From Deferribacterales bacterium (GTDB lineage Bacteria; Chrysiogenota; Deferribacteres; Deferribacterales; Geovibrionaceae), in assembly GCA_050253075.1 (NCBI GenBank), contig JBFWJS010000005.1, positions 1 through 64,000 on the forward strand: 64,000 bases of DNA, given 5' to 3'. Under the pieces are notes generated by a model that saw only the letters and a program-made list of their open reading frames with translations, had not been told where the DNA came from and did not search any database. Position 1 is the first letter of the stretch, and each line of letters opens with the position of its first letter. Shown one piece after another: positions 27,572-39,456 of the stretch. The position numbers and the translations under genes were made by a program.

Positions 27572-28957
27572 TCAACCGTTAAGTCTTTTATTCATCGCCT
27601 GTCTGGATATACCCAGCAGAGATGCAGCCTTGCTCTGATTTCCGTTTGTTCTGCTGATGGCCTCTTTTACAAGGAAGATTTCCATCTCTTTTAATGTAGG
27701 AAAATGTCCTTCATATTTAAAGTACGTATTACGCACACTGTCTGCCGAATCCATGCCGACATCATGAGACGCCAGAAATTTTTTCAGCTCCGGTTTTGAT
27801 ATGCTCTTCCCTTTGAAAAGCATTACGTAATCCTGCACCACAGACTGAAGCTCACGCACATTACCGGGAAAATCATGATGCAGCATGGCCGTGATAAACT
27901 CGTCTGACACGTCTCTGTACTCCAGCCCCATCTTAGCCATATAGCTGTTGTAAAAGTGATATATAAGCAGGTCAATGTCGTCCCGTCTGTCTCTCAGCGG
28001 AGGCAGGCTGACCATATGCGATGAAAGCCTGTAATAAAGATCCTGTCTGAATGTCCCCGCTTCGACCTTCGCTTTCAGGTCTGCGTGTGTGGCTGCGACT
28101 ATCCTTGCGTTTGTACTGCTCGGGGCATCCGCACCGACAGGGAAATATTCTTTATTCTGAAGCAGACGCAGCAGCTTTATCTGTGAAGACTCGTCCAGAT
28201 CGCCTATCTCATCCAGAAATACCGTACCGTTATCCGCATTCGCCAGAACACCCGGACGATGCTTATCCGCACCTGTGAAAGCGCCCTTTACATGCCCGAA
28301 GAGAGTGTCGTTAAACAGATGCTCGTCAAAGGCTGAGATATTCACAGGGAGGAACCGCCCCGCCCTGCCGCTGCTGATATGCACGGCTTCGGCCATCAGA
28401 TCTTTCCCGGTGCCCGTCTCACCCGTGATGAGTATCGGCGCATCACCCACGGCAACATTTGAAATATATTTTAAGATATCCTCTATGCTTCTGCTGCGGG
28501 TGACTATCTTCTGAAACGCAGGGTTTGTGAAACAGAAGCTGTGCTCCATATCTTTCTTTATAGAGCTCAGCTCGGTCTTCACTTTATAAAATTCGAGCCC
28601 TTTCATCAGGTTCGTGTGAAATCTGTCTTTGTCTATCGGCTTTACGATGTAGTCTAGGGCGCCATTCTGAATACAGCGCACAGCCGTAGCCACATCCTCC
28701 GTACCGGAGATAATATAAACGGAAGACTGCATCCCCCTGCTCTTTATCTCTGCCAGAACCTCTTCGCCATTCACATGCGGCATACGTATATCCAGAAAGA
28801 GTACGGCAGGCTCTTCTCCCCCCAGCTCGTCCAGAAAGTCTACGGACGAATTATACAGGCGAAAGTTTTTATAGCCCTTCTTCTTCAAAAGTATTTCGTA
28901 GGAATTGGTGATCTCCTGTTCGTCATCGACTATGACGATAAGATCATTACTGTTCAT
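27572..28957 (-). CDS. NtrC-family sigma-54-dependent response regulator
   Basis: REC domain; GETGTGKD; GAFTGA; FLDEIG; FPGNVREL; Fis-type HTH. Confidence 0.95.
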   Translation of the reverse strand: MNSNDLIVIVDDEQEITNSYEILLKKKGYKNFRLYNSSVDFLDELGGEEPAVLFLDIRMPHVNGEEVLAEIKSRGMQSSVYIISGTEDVATAVRCIQNGALDYIVKPIDKDRFHTNLMKGLEFYKVKTELSSIKKDMEHSFCFTNPAFQKIVTRSRSIEDILKYISNVAVGDAPILITGETGTGKDLMAEAVHISSGRAGRFLPVNISAFDEHLFNDTLFGHVKGAFTGADKHRPGVLANADNGTVFLDEIGDLDESSQIKLLRLLQNKEYFPVGADAPSSTNARIVAATHADLKAKVEAGTFRQDLYYRLSSHMVSLPPLRDRRDDIDLLIYHFYNSYMAKMGLEYRDVSDEFITAMLHHDFPGNVRELQSVVQDYVMLFKGKSISKPELKKFLASHDVGMDSADSVRNTYFKYEGHFPTLKEMEIFLVKEAISRTNGNQSKAASLLGISRQAMNKRLNG

Positions 28958-30815
28958 TGCCCACCATAGGTAAAACGATCTTAACCACTGTTCCTTTCCC
29001 CTCTTCTGAGTGTATTTCGATGGAGCCTTTATGCTCCTGTATTATGCTGTATGCGATGGAGAGCCCGAGCCCTGTTCCGCCCTCGCCCTGCCTGGTGGTA
29101 AAGAACGGATCGGTAACCCTGTCCAGATTATCTTTCGGTATCCCCACCCCTTCGTCTATGACATTTATAACACAGGCACCATCCTGACAAAGGACACTCA
29201 CCTCTACCAGATCGGTATTAGACACTATTGCCTCCAGAGCATTCATCAGTATGTTTATGAGAACCTGCTCCAGCTTCTGCTTTATAGCGTTAACTTTTAT
29301 GCCTTCGCAGCAGATATTTACCACAAAGTTTTCGGTGGATTTGTTTATCTGGTGTTCCAGTATGCGTATGGCGGTGGTTACTGATGCGCAAAGGTCGACA
29401 GGCTCGAAAGAGTCCGATGTCTCATGCTTTGCAAATCCTTTCAGATCCTGCACTATGTTCTTGATACGTTCGGAGCCGTTGCCGATTCCTTCCATCAGCT
29501 TTTCAATATCAGAGCGGAGTTCTTCAAGAGGCATACCGTCCACCTCTGTGATGCCTCTGCCCGTGAATTCTTTATATATGCTGTCCCAGAACTCCACCAG
29601 AAGAGAGCTGTTGAACATGATGAAGTTGTTTGGATTGTTTATCTCGTGGGCGACCCCGGAAACAAGAGTGCCGAGGGATGTCATCTTGTTGGCGTGTATC
29701 AGCTTCTGCTGCATCTCTTTTTCAGCATTTTCCATAAGTATCTGCTCTGTAACGTCATATACGTCCAAAAGGTAATATTCCGTACCGTCCAGCATAACTT
29801 TCTTCGCTCTGAAATCCGCATGAAACTCTCTGCCCGAAGGGAGCGTCTGCATGACCCTGTCCATCTTGAAGATGCCGTCCATATCCTGCTTACCTGCGAG
29901 TTTAGCGACAACGGAATCACCAAGATATTCTAAAATGTGGCTGTCCGTATCCTTGTCTCTGGGCACTTCATATGTGTCCATGAAAGCTTCGTTCATCTCA
30001 TATATCATCCCTGTCGTACAGTTCACGAGCACAGCGGGAACCATCTTCTTCCTGAATATCTTGCTGAATCTGCTTTCTGCTTCGCTCAGGGCTGTCTTTA
30101 TCTTATACATCTCCGACAGGTCGGTCACATTCAGTAGAAGCCTTTTATTATGCTCCCATATAAGGCTGGTGACAGACAGCAGGAGGTGCTTTACCTCGCC
30201 TCTGAAATTAAAGTGTATGATGTCCTGCGCACCGCTGTCACGCAGTTCGCTTATGGTACGCTTGTCAAAAACCTCAGAACACACAGCCTGCAAACCTTCG
30301 AAATCTCCATCCTCGACGTCAAATATCTTATAGATATAGCTGTTTGCTCTCTCCAGCTCGATATCGTCCGTGATAACTGCTACGGCGTTGCTTATGCTGT
30401 CAATCAACGTTGACAGCATCTGTTTATTCTGGTCAGACTCCTGCTCCAGAGCGACACGCTTAAACGCTGTCTGCACCGTAGAGGCTAGGACGCCGATGGT
30501 ATAAGGTTTAACAATATAGCCGTAAGGCTCTGTCTTCACAGCTCTTTCGATAGTCGCCAGATCAGAGTAGCTCGTCAGGAATATTACGGGTATCTTGCCG
30601 TATTCCTGTATATCTTTCGCCAGCTCGATACCGTCTATGACAGACTTCAGATTTATATCCATAAGGACCATGTCGGGCACCTGCTGCCGTATCTGGACAA
30701 CAGCATCCTCCGGGCTGCACACGGCGGCAATAACATGATAGTTAAGCGATTGAAGCTTTTGCGAGATATCAAGACCGATTATAACTTCGTCTTCGACGAC
30801 TAATATTTTCTTCAT
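28947..30815 (-). CDS. Hybrid sensor kinase (N-terminal REC, PAS-like regions, HisKA/HATPase)
   Basis: VVEDE…MDINL; GVAHEINNP; GTGLGL. Confidence 0.9.
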   Translation of the reverse strand: MKKILVVEDEVIIGLDISQKLQSLNYHVIAAVCSPEDAVVQIRQQVPDMVLMDINLKSVIDGIELAKDIQEYGKIPVIFLTSYSDLATIERAVKTEPYGYIVKPYTIGVLASTVQTAFKRVALEQESDQNKQMLSTLIDSISNAVAVITDDIELERANSYIYKIFDVEDGDFEGLQAVCSEVFDKRTISELRDSGAQDIIHFNFRGEVKHLLLSVTSLIWEHNKRLLLNVTDLSEMYKIKTALSEAESRFSKIFRKKMVPAVLVNCTTGMIYEMNEAFMDTYEVPRDKDTDSHILEYLGDSVVAKLAGKQDMDGIFKMDRVMQTLPSGREFHADFRAKKVMLDGTEYYLLDVYDVTEQILMENAEKEMQQKLIHANKMTSLGTLVSGVAHEINNPNNFIMFNSSLLVEFWDSIYKEFTGRGITEVDGMPLEELRSDIEKLMEGIGNGSERIKNIVQDLKGFAKHETSDSFEPVDLCASVTTAIRILEHQINKSTENFVVNICCEGIKVNAIKQKLEQVLINILMNALEAIVSNTDLVEVSVLCQDGACVINVIDEGVGIPKDNLDRVTDPFFTTRQGEGGTGLGLSIAYSIIQEHKGSIEIHSEEGKGTVVKIVLPMVGNEQ

Positions 30816-30870
30816 TTATACCCATCCGGCAAATATACCTAGTAACTTAATACTACCCTGCGCATAAAAC

Positions 30871-31026
30871 ATGTCAACTTTAATTTACAAATAACAATTT
30901 ATATAAAATATCAGCAGTTTATAAGTTCACAATATGCATTATGTCAATAAATATTGACATAACACTTGCAACCTAAAACCTAAACTACTTACAAAAAAGA
31001 GGAATATTTTTGGCACACCCTTTGCA
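30871..31026 (+). promoter_or_regulatory. Sigma-54 promoter of the chemotaxis operon with candidate upstream activator sites
   Basis: TGGCAC-accct-TTGCA at 31011-31026; ATGTCAAT-aaat-ATTGACAT at 30941-30960; a related ATGTCAAC-ttta-ATTTACAA at 30871-30890. Confidence 0.8.
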
Positions 31027-31037
31027 TTATATACGGC

Positions 31038-31442
31038 ATGAAAGGCAAAAAAATACTCTTAATAGACGATGAAGACAATCTGAGAACAGGCGTAAAGATA
31101 GCCTTAAAGAAACAGGGCTGTAATGTCGTTGACGTTGCAGACGGCTTTGAGGGTATGCGGCACGTGATAAGGGTCACTTCGGGGCTTGATACATTTAACC
31201 TTATCCTTCTGGACATCATGATGCCTAAGGTATCCGGCATAGATATCCTGGAGTACATGGTTCACAAAAGAATGAACACCCCCGTACTGGTCATCACAGG
31301 ATACATGAACTACGACATAAAATGCTTCTGCTCCAGACTGGAGAGTGTACAGATACTTCAGAAGCCTTTTTCCCATGATGAGCTCATGGAAAAGATACAC
31401 GGAATCCTAGACCCTATAGAAAAGACAGAGGAAACAGCATGA
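31038..31442 (+). CDS. Response regulator (REC only)
   Basis: LIDDE, LDIMMP, QKPF. Confidence 0.88.
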   Translation: MKGKKILLIDDEDNLRTGVKIALKKQGCNVVDVADGFEGMRHVIRVTSGLDTFNLILLDIMMPKVSGIDILEYMVHKRMNTPVLVITGYMNYDIKCFCSRLESVQILQKPFSHDELMEKIHGILDPIEKTEETA

Positions 31443-32635
31443 TAAAAAAACTAGCACCGCTCTACATCATACTTACGGCACTCATTATACTTCAGGCAGT
31501 ATCTGTCTTTGCAGCGGGCATGCTCGTCAGAGTATCCGTATATGCCGTATCTACTGCAGCAGTCATAGTCGTTATGCTCTACATCATCAAAAGAGCATGC
31601 GCACAGAAATCGATAGAGTTCGGCAGACACGAGGCAGAATGCGCAAAGGAATCTAAAAAATCCATGGCACCTGTAGCAGGGATACTTAACGAAAGAGCAG
31701 AGCTGCTCAGCATCCTCGAAGGTCAGCTTCTCAAAGCAAACGTAGACAGCGAAGAAGCACACAATGTCATCTCCGAGAAGTTTAACTTTGTGATATCCAT
31801 GGCCGAAGATCAGGCATCAAACGCATCTCAGGCTGTAAAAGCATTCACAGGCTCAGACAGATCAGGCGACAGCTTCGTGGATAAGACAAAGGCCGTCTTC
31901 TCAAACGTACTGACAGAGATGAACAGCATCTACAGGCTGATAGAGGACACAAACGAAAAGCTCTCATCGGCCATCCAGGATATAAACACCATTAAGGAAA
32001 CTGTTGTAAATGTTGAATACATCGCAGACCAGACAAACCTTCTCGCACTCAACGCAGCCATAGAGGCAGCCAGAGCAGGAGACGCAGGCAGAGGCTTCGC
32101 CGTGGTCGCAGACGAAGTGAGAAAGCTGGCTGAGAAATCCAACGAATTCTCTGCCGAGATACGAAGCATAGTCGACAGCGTCGCAAACAGCATCTCCGGC
32201 ATACACACAAAGGCCGTCAGCGACGTTAAAAACATAAAAGAGATACAGGAAACATCCGAAAAGGAGATCGCTCAGGCTCTCGAATACCTGAACGACTCAC
32301 TCACAAGCTCTAACGACATAGTTATGGCTCTGCAGCAGTCGGCAAACGGGCTGGCAGACGAGATAAGCAGCATGGTCGTATCCATGCAGTATCAGGACAT
32401 AAACCGCCAGCGTATCGAGCATGTGATCGAGCCTATGCAGATATTTAAAAAAGACATGGACGACATGGCGGCCGCATTCGCCTCATACGACGGCTATGCA
32501 CTGAAACTGAACGTGAAAGAGATATCAAGCCATCTGAAGAACATATACACAATGGAATCAGAGCGGGAGATATTCGACGGAAAAGGTTCCCACAGCAAGC
32601 AGAATAACGACGACGATAACGTAGAACTCTTTTAG
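31439..32635 (+). CDS. Methyl-accepting chemotaxis-like protein (two N-terminal TMs, no evident sensor loop)
   Basis: [48 protein letters not shown]; ends DDNVELF. Confidence 0.9.
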   Translation: MIKKLAPLYIILTALIILQAVSVFAAGMLVRVSVYAVSTAAVIVVMLYIIKRACAQKSIEFGRHEAECAKESKKSMAPVAGILNERAELLSILEGQLLKANVDSEEAHNVISEKFNFVISMAEDQASNASQAVKAFTGSDRSGDSFVDKTKAVFSNVLTEMNSIYRLIEDTNEKLSSAIQDINTIKETVVNVEYIADQTNLLALNAAIEAARAGDAGRGFAVVADEVRKLAEKSNEFSAEIRSIVDSVANSISGIHTKAVSDVKNIKEIQETSEKEIAQALEYLNDSLTSSNDIVMALQQSANGLADEISSMVVSMQYQDINRQRIEHVIEPMQIFKKDMDDMAAAFASYDGYALKLNVKEISSHLKNIYTMESEREIFDGKGSHSKQNNDDDNVELF

Positions 32636-32644
32636 GAGATTAAC

Positions 32645-32989
32645 ATGATAAAGATGACTCTCAGCCAAAAAAATGACGAAAGTTCTGTTCTCAGCATCGA
32701 AGGTGCTCTGACTGTAGCGAATATCAATTCCCTGCATAAGAAGATAGTCGAGTTGCTGAGCCAGACAAGCTCACTCGAGCTCAACATCAAAGAAGCCGAA
32801 GCTATAGACCTCACATTCATCCAGCTCATATGCAGCTCCCACAGAGCTTTCGGCACAAAGGGCAAGCTGTTCACCATCAGCGGCGACAAAGCATCGTTTT
32901 ACGGCAGAACAGACTGCATAGGATTCACCAGACACAAGGGGTGTCATTTTGAGAAAGACAGCTCCTGCGTATTAGTAAAGGAGGCTTAA
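32645..32989 (+). CDS. STAS-domain protein
   Basis: LSIEGALTV…IDLTFIQLI; position upstream of cheY. Confidence 0.8.
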   Translation: MIKMTLSQKNDESSVLSIEGALTVANINSLHKKIVELLSQTSSLELNIKEAEAIDLTFIQLICSSHRAFGTKGKLFTISGDKASFYGRTDCIGFTRHKGCHFEKDSSCVLVKEA

Positions 32990-32990
32990 T

Positions 32991-33356
32991 ATGTCTAAAA
33001 CAATACTCACGGTAGACGACTCGGCAAGCATCAGACAAATGGTCAAATTCACCCTTACCAAAGAGGGTTACAACGTTATCGAAGCATCCGACGGCAAAGA
33101 CGCTTTGAGCAAAGCAGGCTCCAACACTGTCGACATGGTCGTAACCGACCTTAACATGCCCAACATGGACGGCATCACGCTGATAAAAGAACTGCGCGCA
33201 CAGGCAAAGTTTAAGTTCATACCTATCATAATGCTGACCACAGAGTCTCAGGACAGCAAAAAAGCAGAGGGTAAATCCGCCGGAGCCACAGGATGGATAG
33301 TAAAACCATTCAAACCTGAACAGCTCCTTACAGTGACCAAAAAAGTATTGAGGTAA
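32991..33356 (+). CDS. cheY: Chemotaxis response regulator CheY
   Basis: VDDSASIR, TDLNMP, MLTTES, GWIVKPF. Confidence 0.92.
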   Translation: MSKTILTVDDSASIRQMVKFTLTKEGYNVIEASDGKDALSKAGSNTVDMVVTDLNMPNMDGITLIKELRAQAKFKFIPIIMLTTESQDSKKAEGKSAGATGWIVKPFKPEQLLTVTKKVLR

Positions 33357-33361
33357 TAATC

Positions 33362-35434
33362 ATGGCCGTAGATGTGCATCAGGAAGTATTCATCCAGGAA
33401 GCGCAGGAACTGCTTCAGGAGCTGGAAGAATCACTTCTGGAACTCGAAAACAACACTGAAGACATGGATGTCGTAGCGAGGATATTCCGTGCTATGCACA
33501 CTATCAAAGGTTCCGGAGCGATGTTTGGTTTTGAAAACCTGGCGCATCTGGTGCACGACGTGGAAACGGCATACGATATGGTCAGAAACGGCGAGCTGAA
33601 AGTTACAAAAGACATGCTCGACTATTCTCTGAAGACATGCGACGTCATCAAAGAACTGCTCGAAGACTCTTTGAAAAAAGCGGACTCGCCCCTTGCGATG
33701 GAGATACTCGGCTTTTTCCGCAGGTGTCAGGGAGCCCCCGCACCGAAAGAGAAAAAAGAGCACCACAAAAGCAGCTCTGATGCTAAAGAGAGCAAAGAAG
33801 AAACAACATACAGAATCAGATTCAAACCTAATGAGAATATACTCATGCAGGGGACAGACCCTGAGCTCCTCATACTGGAACTGGAGGAAATGGGAGAATC
33901 GAAAGTGGTCGCCCACACTACGGCAACCCCGCCACTCGAAGATATGAATCCCGAAAAATGCTATGCATTCTGGGACATAATCCTCACCACTACAAAGACA
34001 AAGAATGAGATCATGGACGTATTCATCTTTGTTGAAGACGACAGCGAAATAATAATAAGCGTCATCGACAATGACTACATAGAGAAGGATCACTACAAGA
34101 AACTGGGTGAGATCCTTCTCGAAAAGGGCGACATCACAAAAGAAGCTCTGGACAAACTGATATCCAAAAAGAAAATGCTCGGCGAAATGATGGTCGAAGA
34201 GGGGCTGGTAGCACCCGAGGCTGTCAAATCCGCCCTCGACGAACAGGAACATATCAAAAACATCAGAGCCAAAAAGCAGGCTGCGGAAAGTGCCGCATCT
34301 GTTCGTGTCCCTTCTGAAAAACTCGACTCGCTCGTAGACCTAGTGGGTGAGCTGGTCACCGTACAGGCAAGGCTGAACCAGACAGCCGCCGCAGGGAACA
34401 ACGCAGAACTGCACAAGATAGCCGAAGAGGTGGAAAGGCTCGTCTGGGAACTCAGAGACAACACTATGAGCATCCGCATGCTCACCATCGGCACAACATT
34501 CAGTAAATATAAAAGACTGGTCAGAGACCTGGCCAAAGAACTGGGCAAAGACATAGACCTGATAACCAAAGGCGAAGATACCGAGCTGGACAAAACTGTC
34601 ATAGAAAAGCTCGGCGACCCGCTGGTGCATCTGGTCAGAAACTCGGTAGACCACGGTATAGAATCCCCCGAAGACAGACTGAAAGCAGGCAAGCCCGCAA
34701 AAGGCACTGTCACACTCTCTGCCGAACACTCGGGAGACTCTGTACTGATACAGATAAAAGACGACGGTAAAGGACTGGACAGAAATGTCCTAATCAAAAA
34801 AGCTCTGGAAAAAGGGCTGATACAGGAAAACGTAGAACTGACAGACAGAGAGGCTTTCGAGCTGATCTTTGCAGCGGGCTTCTCCACTGCGGCTGTCGTG
34901 TCGAATGTCTCCGGCAGAGGCGTCGGCATGGACGTGGTAAGGAGAAACATCGAAGCGCTAAGAGGAACCATAGAGATAGACAGCGTAAAAGGTAAAGGAA
35001 CCACCATCACGCTGAAACTGCCGCTCACCCTCGCCATCATCGACGGACTGCTCGTGCAGATAGGAACACAGTTTTTCATCATACCTCTATCCATCGTGAA
35101 CGAATGCATCGAATTCAAAGAAAAACTGCACAGAACAGAATCAGGCAGAAGGATACTCAAAGTCCGTGACGACCTCGTGCCGTATGTGAAAATGCGCGAC
35201 ATCTTCGGCATCACAGACGAACTGCCCGAGATACAACAGATAGTAATAATCGAGCTGGAAGGCCGCAGGATAGGCTTTGTGGTAGACAGCGTGATTGGCG
35301 ACCATCAGACGGTCATCAAATCTCTGGGTAAATCATTTAAAGACGTGGAATGTATTTCAGGCGCTTCCGTTCTCGGCGACGGCTCCGTCGCGCTGATAAT
35401 AGATGTAATGAAGATATATACAAGTATTCAATAG
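33362..35434 (+). CDS. cheA: Chemotaxis histidine kinase CheA
   Basis: Hpt [32 protein letters not shown]-terminal CheW domain. Confidence 0.97.
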   Translation: MAVDVHQEVFIQEAQELLQELEESLLELENNTEDMDVVARIFRAMHTIKGSGAMFGFENLAHLVHDVETAYDMVRNGELKVTKDMLDYSLKTCDVIKELLEDSLKKADSPLAMEILGFFRRCQGAPAPKEKKEHHKSSSDAKESKEETTYRIRFKPNENILMQGTDPELLILELEEMGESKVVAHTTATPPLEDMNPEKCYAFWDIILTTTKTKNEIMDVFIFVEDDSEIIISVIDNDYIEKDHYKKLGEILLEKGDITKEALDKLISKKKMLGEMMVEEGLVAPEAVKSALDEQEHIKNIRAKKQAAESAASVRVPSEKLDSLVDLVGELVTVQARLNQTAAAGNNAELHKIAEEVERLVWELRDNTMSIRMLTIGTTFSKYKRLVRDLAKELGKDIDLITKGEDTELDKTVIEKLGDPLVHLVRNSVDHGIESPEDRLKAGKPAKGTVTLSAEHSGDSVLIQIKDDGKGLDRNVLIKKALEKGLIQENVELTDREAFELIFAAGFSTAAVVSNVSGRGVGMDVVRRNIEALRGTIEIDSVKGKGTTITLKLPLTLAIIDGLLVQIGTQFFIIPLSIVNECIEFKEKLHRTESGRRILKVRDDLVPYVKMRDIFGITDELPEIQQIVIIELEGRRIGFVVDSVIGDHQTVIKSLGKSFKDVECISGASVLGDGSVALIIDVMKIYTSIQ

Positions 35435-35453
35435 CTATTTTGGAGGAAAGAAA

Positions 35454-37502
35454 ATGTTTAAGAACATGAAAGTAGGAACACAGATAGCTGCAGGTTTTAT
35501 TGTAGTTCTCTTAATCCTGGTAATCGTAGCGACTTCTTCATTTGTCGGTATTGACAAAGCTTCCGAAGGTTTTTCAGAGTACAGGAGAAAAGCCAAGAAC
35601 ACCAACATGCTTGGACGTATTCAAGCAAACATGCTGATGACAAGGATGAAGGTAAAGGACTTCCTTATCACAAACTCTGACGCCGACCATCAGGCGACAC
35701 TCGATTTTTTTGCCAAAACTGATGAATTCATGAAAGAAGCAAAAGATATGATAAAAGACCCTGCGAGACTTAAGACTCTCGGCGAAGTTGACGGCATGCT
35801 GGACAAATATGTCGCAACATTCGACAAGGTAGACAAAGCGATAAACAACAGAAACGCAGAGATCAAAAAACTCGGCGTTATCGGTCTCGAAATGCGCAAG
35901 CACATGACAGACATCATGCACATAGCATTTAAAGAGGGCAACTCAGACGCAGCCTATTATGCAGGCAGACTGCAGGAACACCTGATGCTCGCCAGATACT
36001 ATGCTCTCGGCTTTTCAAAAGCAGGCGATAAAGAGTCTGAGGTGCGTGTACGTGAAGAGACAGGCAAAGAGTTCGATACTGTCGCAGCGCCTCTGGGGAA
36101 ACTGCTGAGAAACAAAACAGAAAAAGACCTCTTTGCATCTACAATGAGCCTGAGAGACGAATACGTTAAATCATTCGACGTAATGACAGAAAATATATAC
36201 AGCAGAATGGATCTCGTAAGCAACACTCTCGATGTCCTCGGGCCGAAAATAGCCGAATACACAGAAAACCTTAAGCTCTCCATTATGGAAAGCCAGGATC
36301 TCCTCGGACCACAGGTCGAGGCGAGCAACCAGTTCACCATCAGAATGGTGCTCACAATATCAGGAGCAGGTCTGCTCATAGGTATCTTCTTCGCATGGCT
36401 TATCACTAAGTTTGTGAAAGCTCCTCTGGGCGGAGAGCCAAGAGAGATGGCAGAGATAGCTAAACGCATCGCAGACGGCGACCTCGACGTTCAGTTCAAC
36501 AGCGTAAAAGGCAGACAGCCCACAGGTCTCTACGGCGACCTCAAGGCAATGGTCGACCAGCTCCGCTCTATCGTCGCAGATGTTAAAAACTCTGCAGACA
36601 ACGTAGCATCAGGAAGCACAGAGCTCAGTTCCGCAGCACAGGACATGTCTCAGGGCGCAACAGAGCAGGCAGCCAGCGCAGAGGAAGCATCATCATCTAT
36701 GGAAGAGATGGCGTCCAACATCAACCAGAACGCAGACAACGCTCTCCAGACAGAGAAGATAGCTCTGAAAGCTGCATCCGATGCCAAAGACGGCGGTGAA
36801 GCAGTGGAAGCCACAGTAAAAGCAATGAAGGACATCGCTGATAAGATATCCATCATCGAAGAGATAGCCAGACAGACAAACCTGCTCGCACTCAACGCAG
36901 CCATAGAGGCAGCCAGAGCAGGCGAACACGGCAAAGGCTTCGCAGTGGTGGCATCCGAAGTGCGCAAGCTCGCCGAACGCAGTCAGGAAGCAGCAGGAGA
37001 GATCAGCGAACTGTCATCCAGCAGTGTAGATATCGCCGAGAAAGCAGGCGCACTGCTCGGTCAGATACTCCCTGACATACAGAAAACAGCAGAACTAGTT
37101 CAGGAGATCACAGCGGCAAGCAGTGAGATGAGAACAGGTTCAGAGCAGATCAACACTGCCATCCAGCAGCTCGATCAGGTAATACAGAGAAACGCAGGCG
37201 TATCCGAAGAGATGGCCGCCACATCCGAGGAACTCTCCGGTCAGGCGAGCGCTCTTCAGCAGGCTGTGGCATTCTTCAAAATGTCCGACAGCGGCTCAAC
37301 ATACAGGAAGCCAGTAGTGCAGAAACACCATACACCTGCGGCACATATAAAAACTAAGTCTCTCAGCAGCGACACAAAGCAAAAGGCAAAATCTGCCAAC
37401 GGCAACGGCAAGTCAAACGGAAACGGTGACGGCATAATGCTCGACATGTCCGAAGACACATCCAAAAAGGACAGGCTGGACGCCGACTTTGAAAGCTTCT
37501 AA
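35454..37502 (+). CDS. Methyl-accepting chemotaxis protein
   Basis: Two TMs around a periplasmic helical sensor, HAMP, signalling hairpin and C-terminal pentapeptide DFESF. Confidence 0.95.
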   Translation: MFKNMKVGTQIAAGFIVVLLILVIVATSSFVGIDKASEGFSEYRRKAKNTNMLGRIQANMLMTRMKVKDFLITNSDADHQATLDFFAKTDEFMKEAKDMIKDPARLKTLGEVDGMLDKYVATFDKVDKAINNRNAEIKKLGVIGLEMRKHMTDIMHIAFKEGNSDAAYYAGRLQEHLMLARYYALGFSKAGDKESEVRVREETGKEFDTVAAPLGKLLRNKTEKDLFASTMSLRDEYVKSFDVMTENIYSRMDLVSNTLDVLGPKIAEYTENLKLSIMESQDLLGPQVEASNQFTIRMVLTISGAGLLIGIFFAWLITKFVKAPLGGEPREMAEIAKRIADGDLDVQFNSVKGRQPTGLYGDLKAMVDQLRSIVADVKNSADNVASGSTELSSAAQDMSQGATEQAASAEEASSSMEEMASNINQNADNALQTEKIALKAASDAKDGGEAVEATVKAMKDIADKISIIEEIARQTNLLALNAAIEAARAGEHGKGFAVVASEVRKLAERSQEAAGEISELSSSSVDIAEKAGALLGQILPDIQKTAELVQEITAASSEMRTGSEQINTAIQQLDQVIQRNAGVSEEMAATSEELSGQASALQQAVAFFKMSDSGSTYRKPVVQKHHTPAAHIKTKSLSSDTKQKAKSANGNGKSNGNGDGIMLDMSEDTSKKDRLDADFESF

Positions 37503-37512
37503 GGAGAGTGTG

Positions 37513-38040
37513 ATGTCTGATAACAGTAACAGCAAAAAACACGAAAGCTGTCAGGTGCTCACATTCACTCTGGCAGACGATGTTTACGGCGTGGATATCA
37601 TGTCTGTGCGCGAGGTGCTGGACTACACCAGCGTTACAAAGGTGCCTCAGACACCGGAATATATGATAGGCGTCATAAACCTCAGGGGCAATGTCGTCCC
37701 CGTGCTGGACCTCAGATGTAAGTTCGGCATGGGAAAGACCAAGAAAACCGTCAACACATGCGTGATAATCGTAGAGGTTGAGATAGACGAGGAATCCACT
37801 GTACTCGGCGCACTGGCCGACTCTGTTCAGGAGGTCGTGGACTTCGACGGCGAAAACATCGAAGACGCACCAAAGATGGGCACACAGCTCCGCACAGAGT
37901 TCATAAACGGCATGGCAAAGAGGGACGAAGGCTTTGTGATCATACTGAACATAGACTCCGTCTTCTCCTCTGACGAGATAGTGAGCATAGCATCAAAAGC
38001 TGAAACACACAACGGGACAGAAGAACCCGCAGCAGTATAA
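37513..38040 (+). CDS. cheW: Chemotaxis coupling protein CheW
   Basis: YGVDIMSVREV…GVINLRGNVVPVLDLR; AAGGAG RBS. Confidence 0.95.
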   Translation: MSDNSNSKKHESCQVLTFTLADDVYGVDIMSVREVLDYTSVTKVPQTPEYMIGVINLRGNVVPVLDLRCKFGMGKTKKTVNTCVIIVEVEIDEESTVLGALADSVQEVVDFDGENIEDAPKMGTQLRTEFINGMAKRDEGFVIILNIDSVFSSDEIVSIASKAETHNGTEEPAAV

Positions 38041-38117
38041 AAGCAAAGTAAGGAACCAATTATTTCATGCACTCCTGTCAAATGCGGCAGGAGTGCTTTA
38101 AATTTATCGGAGGACAG

Positions 38118-38969
38118 ATGACCTCTCAGGAAAGCATCTTTTCCCAGCAGTTAAAGCATAAAGATTTCGTTAAGCTGAAAGACTTTATCGAAGACACCTG
38201 CGGGATAAAACTAACAGAAAATAAGAAAAACATGGTGGAAGGCAGACTGAGGAAGCGCATAAAGCACCTCGGATATGCAGGCTATGATGAATACCTGAAA
38301 TATGTATTCGAAAGCGACGAGAACAACCCCGAAAGGCTCCACCTTATAGACGTGATAACCACTAACAAGACCGACTTTTTCCGCGAGCCGAACCATTTCA
38401 AGCTGATGACGGAGCGCATACTCCCCCATCTGGCGCAAACTCACGGGCTCGGAACTGAAGAAACTCTGAATGTGTGGAGCTCTGCCAGCTCTACCGGTGA
38501 AGAACCGTACACACTGGCGATGGTTCTCTCTGAGTTTTACGGTATCCGCGGAAATTTCAATATATTCGCCACTGATATAAACACGAATGTTCTTCAGGTG
38601 GGGCGCACCGCTGTATATTCCGAAGAAAAGTCAGAAGACATACCCCGAGACCTCCAGAGGAAATACATGATGCGCTCCATAAACAGAGCCGACAGACTGC
38701 TCCGCTTTAAACCGGAACTGAGGAGCAAAGTACGCTTCGGCAGGAACAATCTGAAAGACGAAAAATACATACTCCCTGTAAAAGTGGACATCGCATTCTG
38801 CAGGAATGTCATAATCTACTTCGACCAGCCCACACAGGAACGCGTGCTGAACACCATCTGCTCATACATAAAGCCCGGCGGATTCCTCTTCATGGGGCAC
38901 TCAGAGTCTATCCACGGCATGACTCTCCCGCTGAAAAACTATGCGCCGACAGTATACGTGAGAGTCTGA
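38118..38969 (+). CDS. cheR: Chemotaxis methyltransferase CheR
   Basis: TTNKTDFFRE, SSTGEEPY, FCRNVIIYF, GHSES. Confidence 0.95.
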   Translation: MTSQESIFSQQLKHKDFVKLKDFIEDTCGIKLTENKKNMVEGRLRKRIKHLGYAGYDEYLKYVFESDENNPERLHLIDVITTNKTDFFREPNHFKLMTERILPHLAQTHGLGTEETLNVWSSASSTGEEPYTLAMVLSEFYGIRGNFNIFATDINTNVLQVGRTAVYSEEKSEDIPRDLQRKYMMRSINRADRLLRFKPELRSKVRFGRNNLKDEKYILPVKVDIAFCRNVIIYFDQPTQERVLNTICSYIKPGGFLFMGHSESIHGMTLPLKNYAPTVYVRV

Positions 38970-38970
38970 T

Positions 38971-39456
38971 ATGTTTGACGATGCGAGCTGTACATACCTT
39001 TTGCCCGGGGAAATATTCTTTTCCGATGCCCCCTCTATGGTGAATACCGTGCTCGGCTCATGCATCTCTGTCACAATGTTTTCCCACGCTCAGAAGATGG
39101 GGATGATATGCCACAGCATGCTCCCCGACTCCACAACAGTTTATAAAAAAGATCAGAACGAATTCAAGTACGTCGACCACTCCATAGAACACATGCACAT
39201 GAAATTCGCAGCAATGAATATATGCCAGAAGGAAATAGAGGTGAAGCTGTTTGGCGGATCCGATATGTTTGAATACAAGAGCAAGGACGAAACAGTAGGA
39301 ACAAAGAATATTTATTCTGCCATTAATGTCCTGAAGAAATTAGGCTATAATATAAAAGCGAAGGACATCGGCGGGCAATTCACGAGAAAGCTGTATTTTT
39401 CGACCGAGACAGGCATTGTATACGTCAGAAAGATATCCAGGCTGCAGGGTGTATAA
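38971..39456 (+). CDS. cheD: Chemoreceptor glutamine deamidase CheD
   Basis: [24 protein letters not shown]. Confidence 0.92.
   Translation: MFDDASCTYLLPGEIFFSDAPSMVNTVLGSCISVTMFSHAQKMGMICHSMLPDSTTVYKKDQNEFKYVDHSIEHMHMKFAAMNICQKEIEVKLFGGSDMFEYKSKDETVGTKNIYSAINVLKKLGYNIKAKDIGGQFTRKLYFSTETGIVYVRKISRLQGV

Noticed and set aside
34093..35214. 373-aa antisense ORF and the many other overlapping ORFs in 25-64 kb
   Set aside because: Antisense or alternate-frame shadows of well-supported genes, with no motifs of their own.
32029..36965. Near-identical DNA in the two MCP genes as recent duplication or gene conversion
   Set aside because: Limited to the universally conserved signalling hairpin tip.
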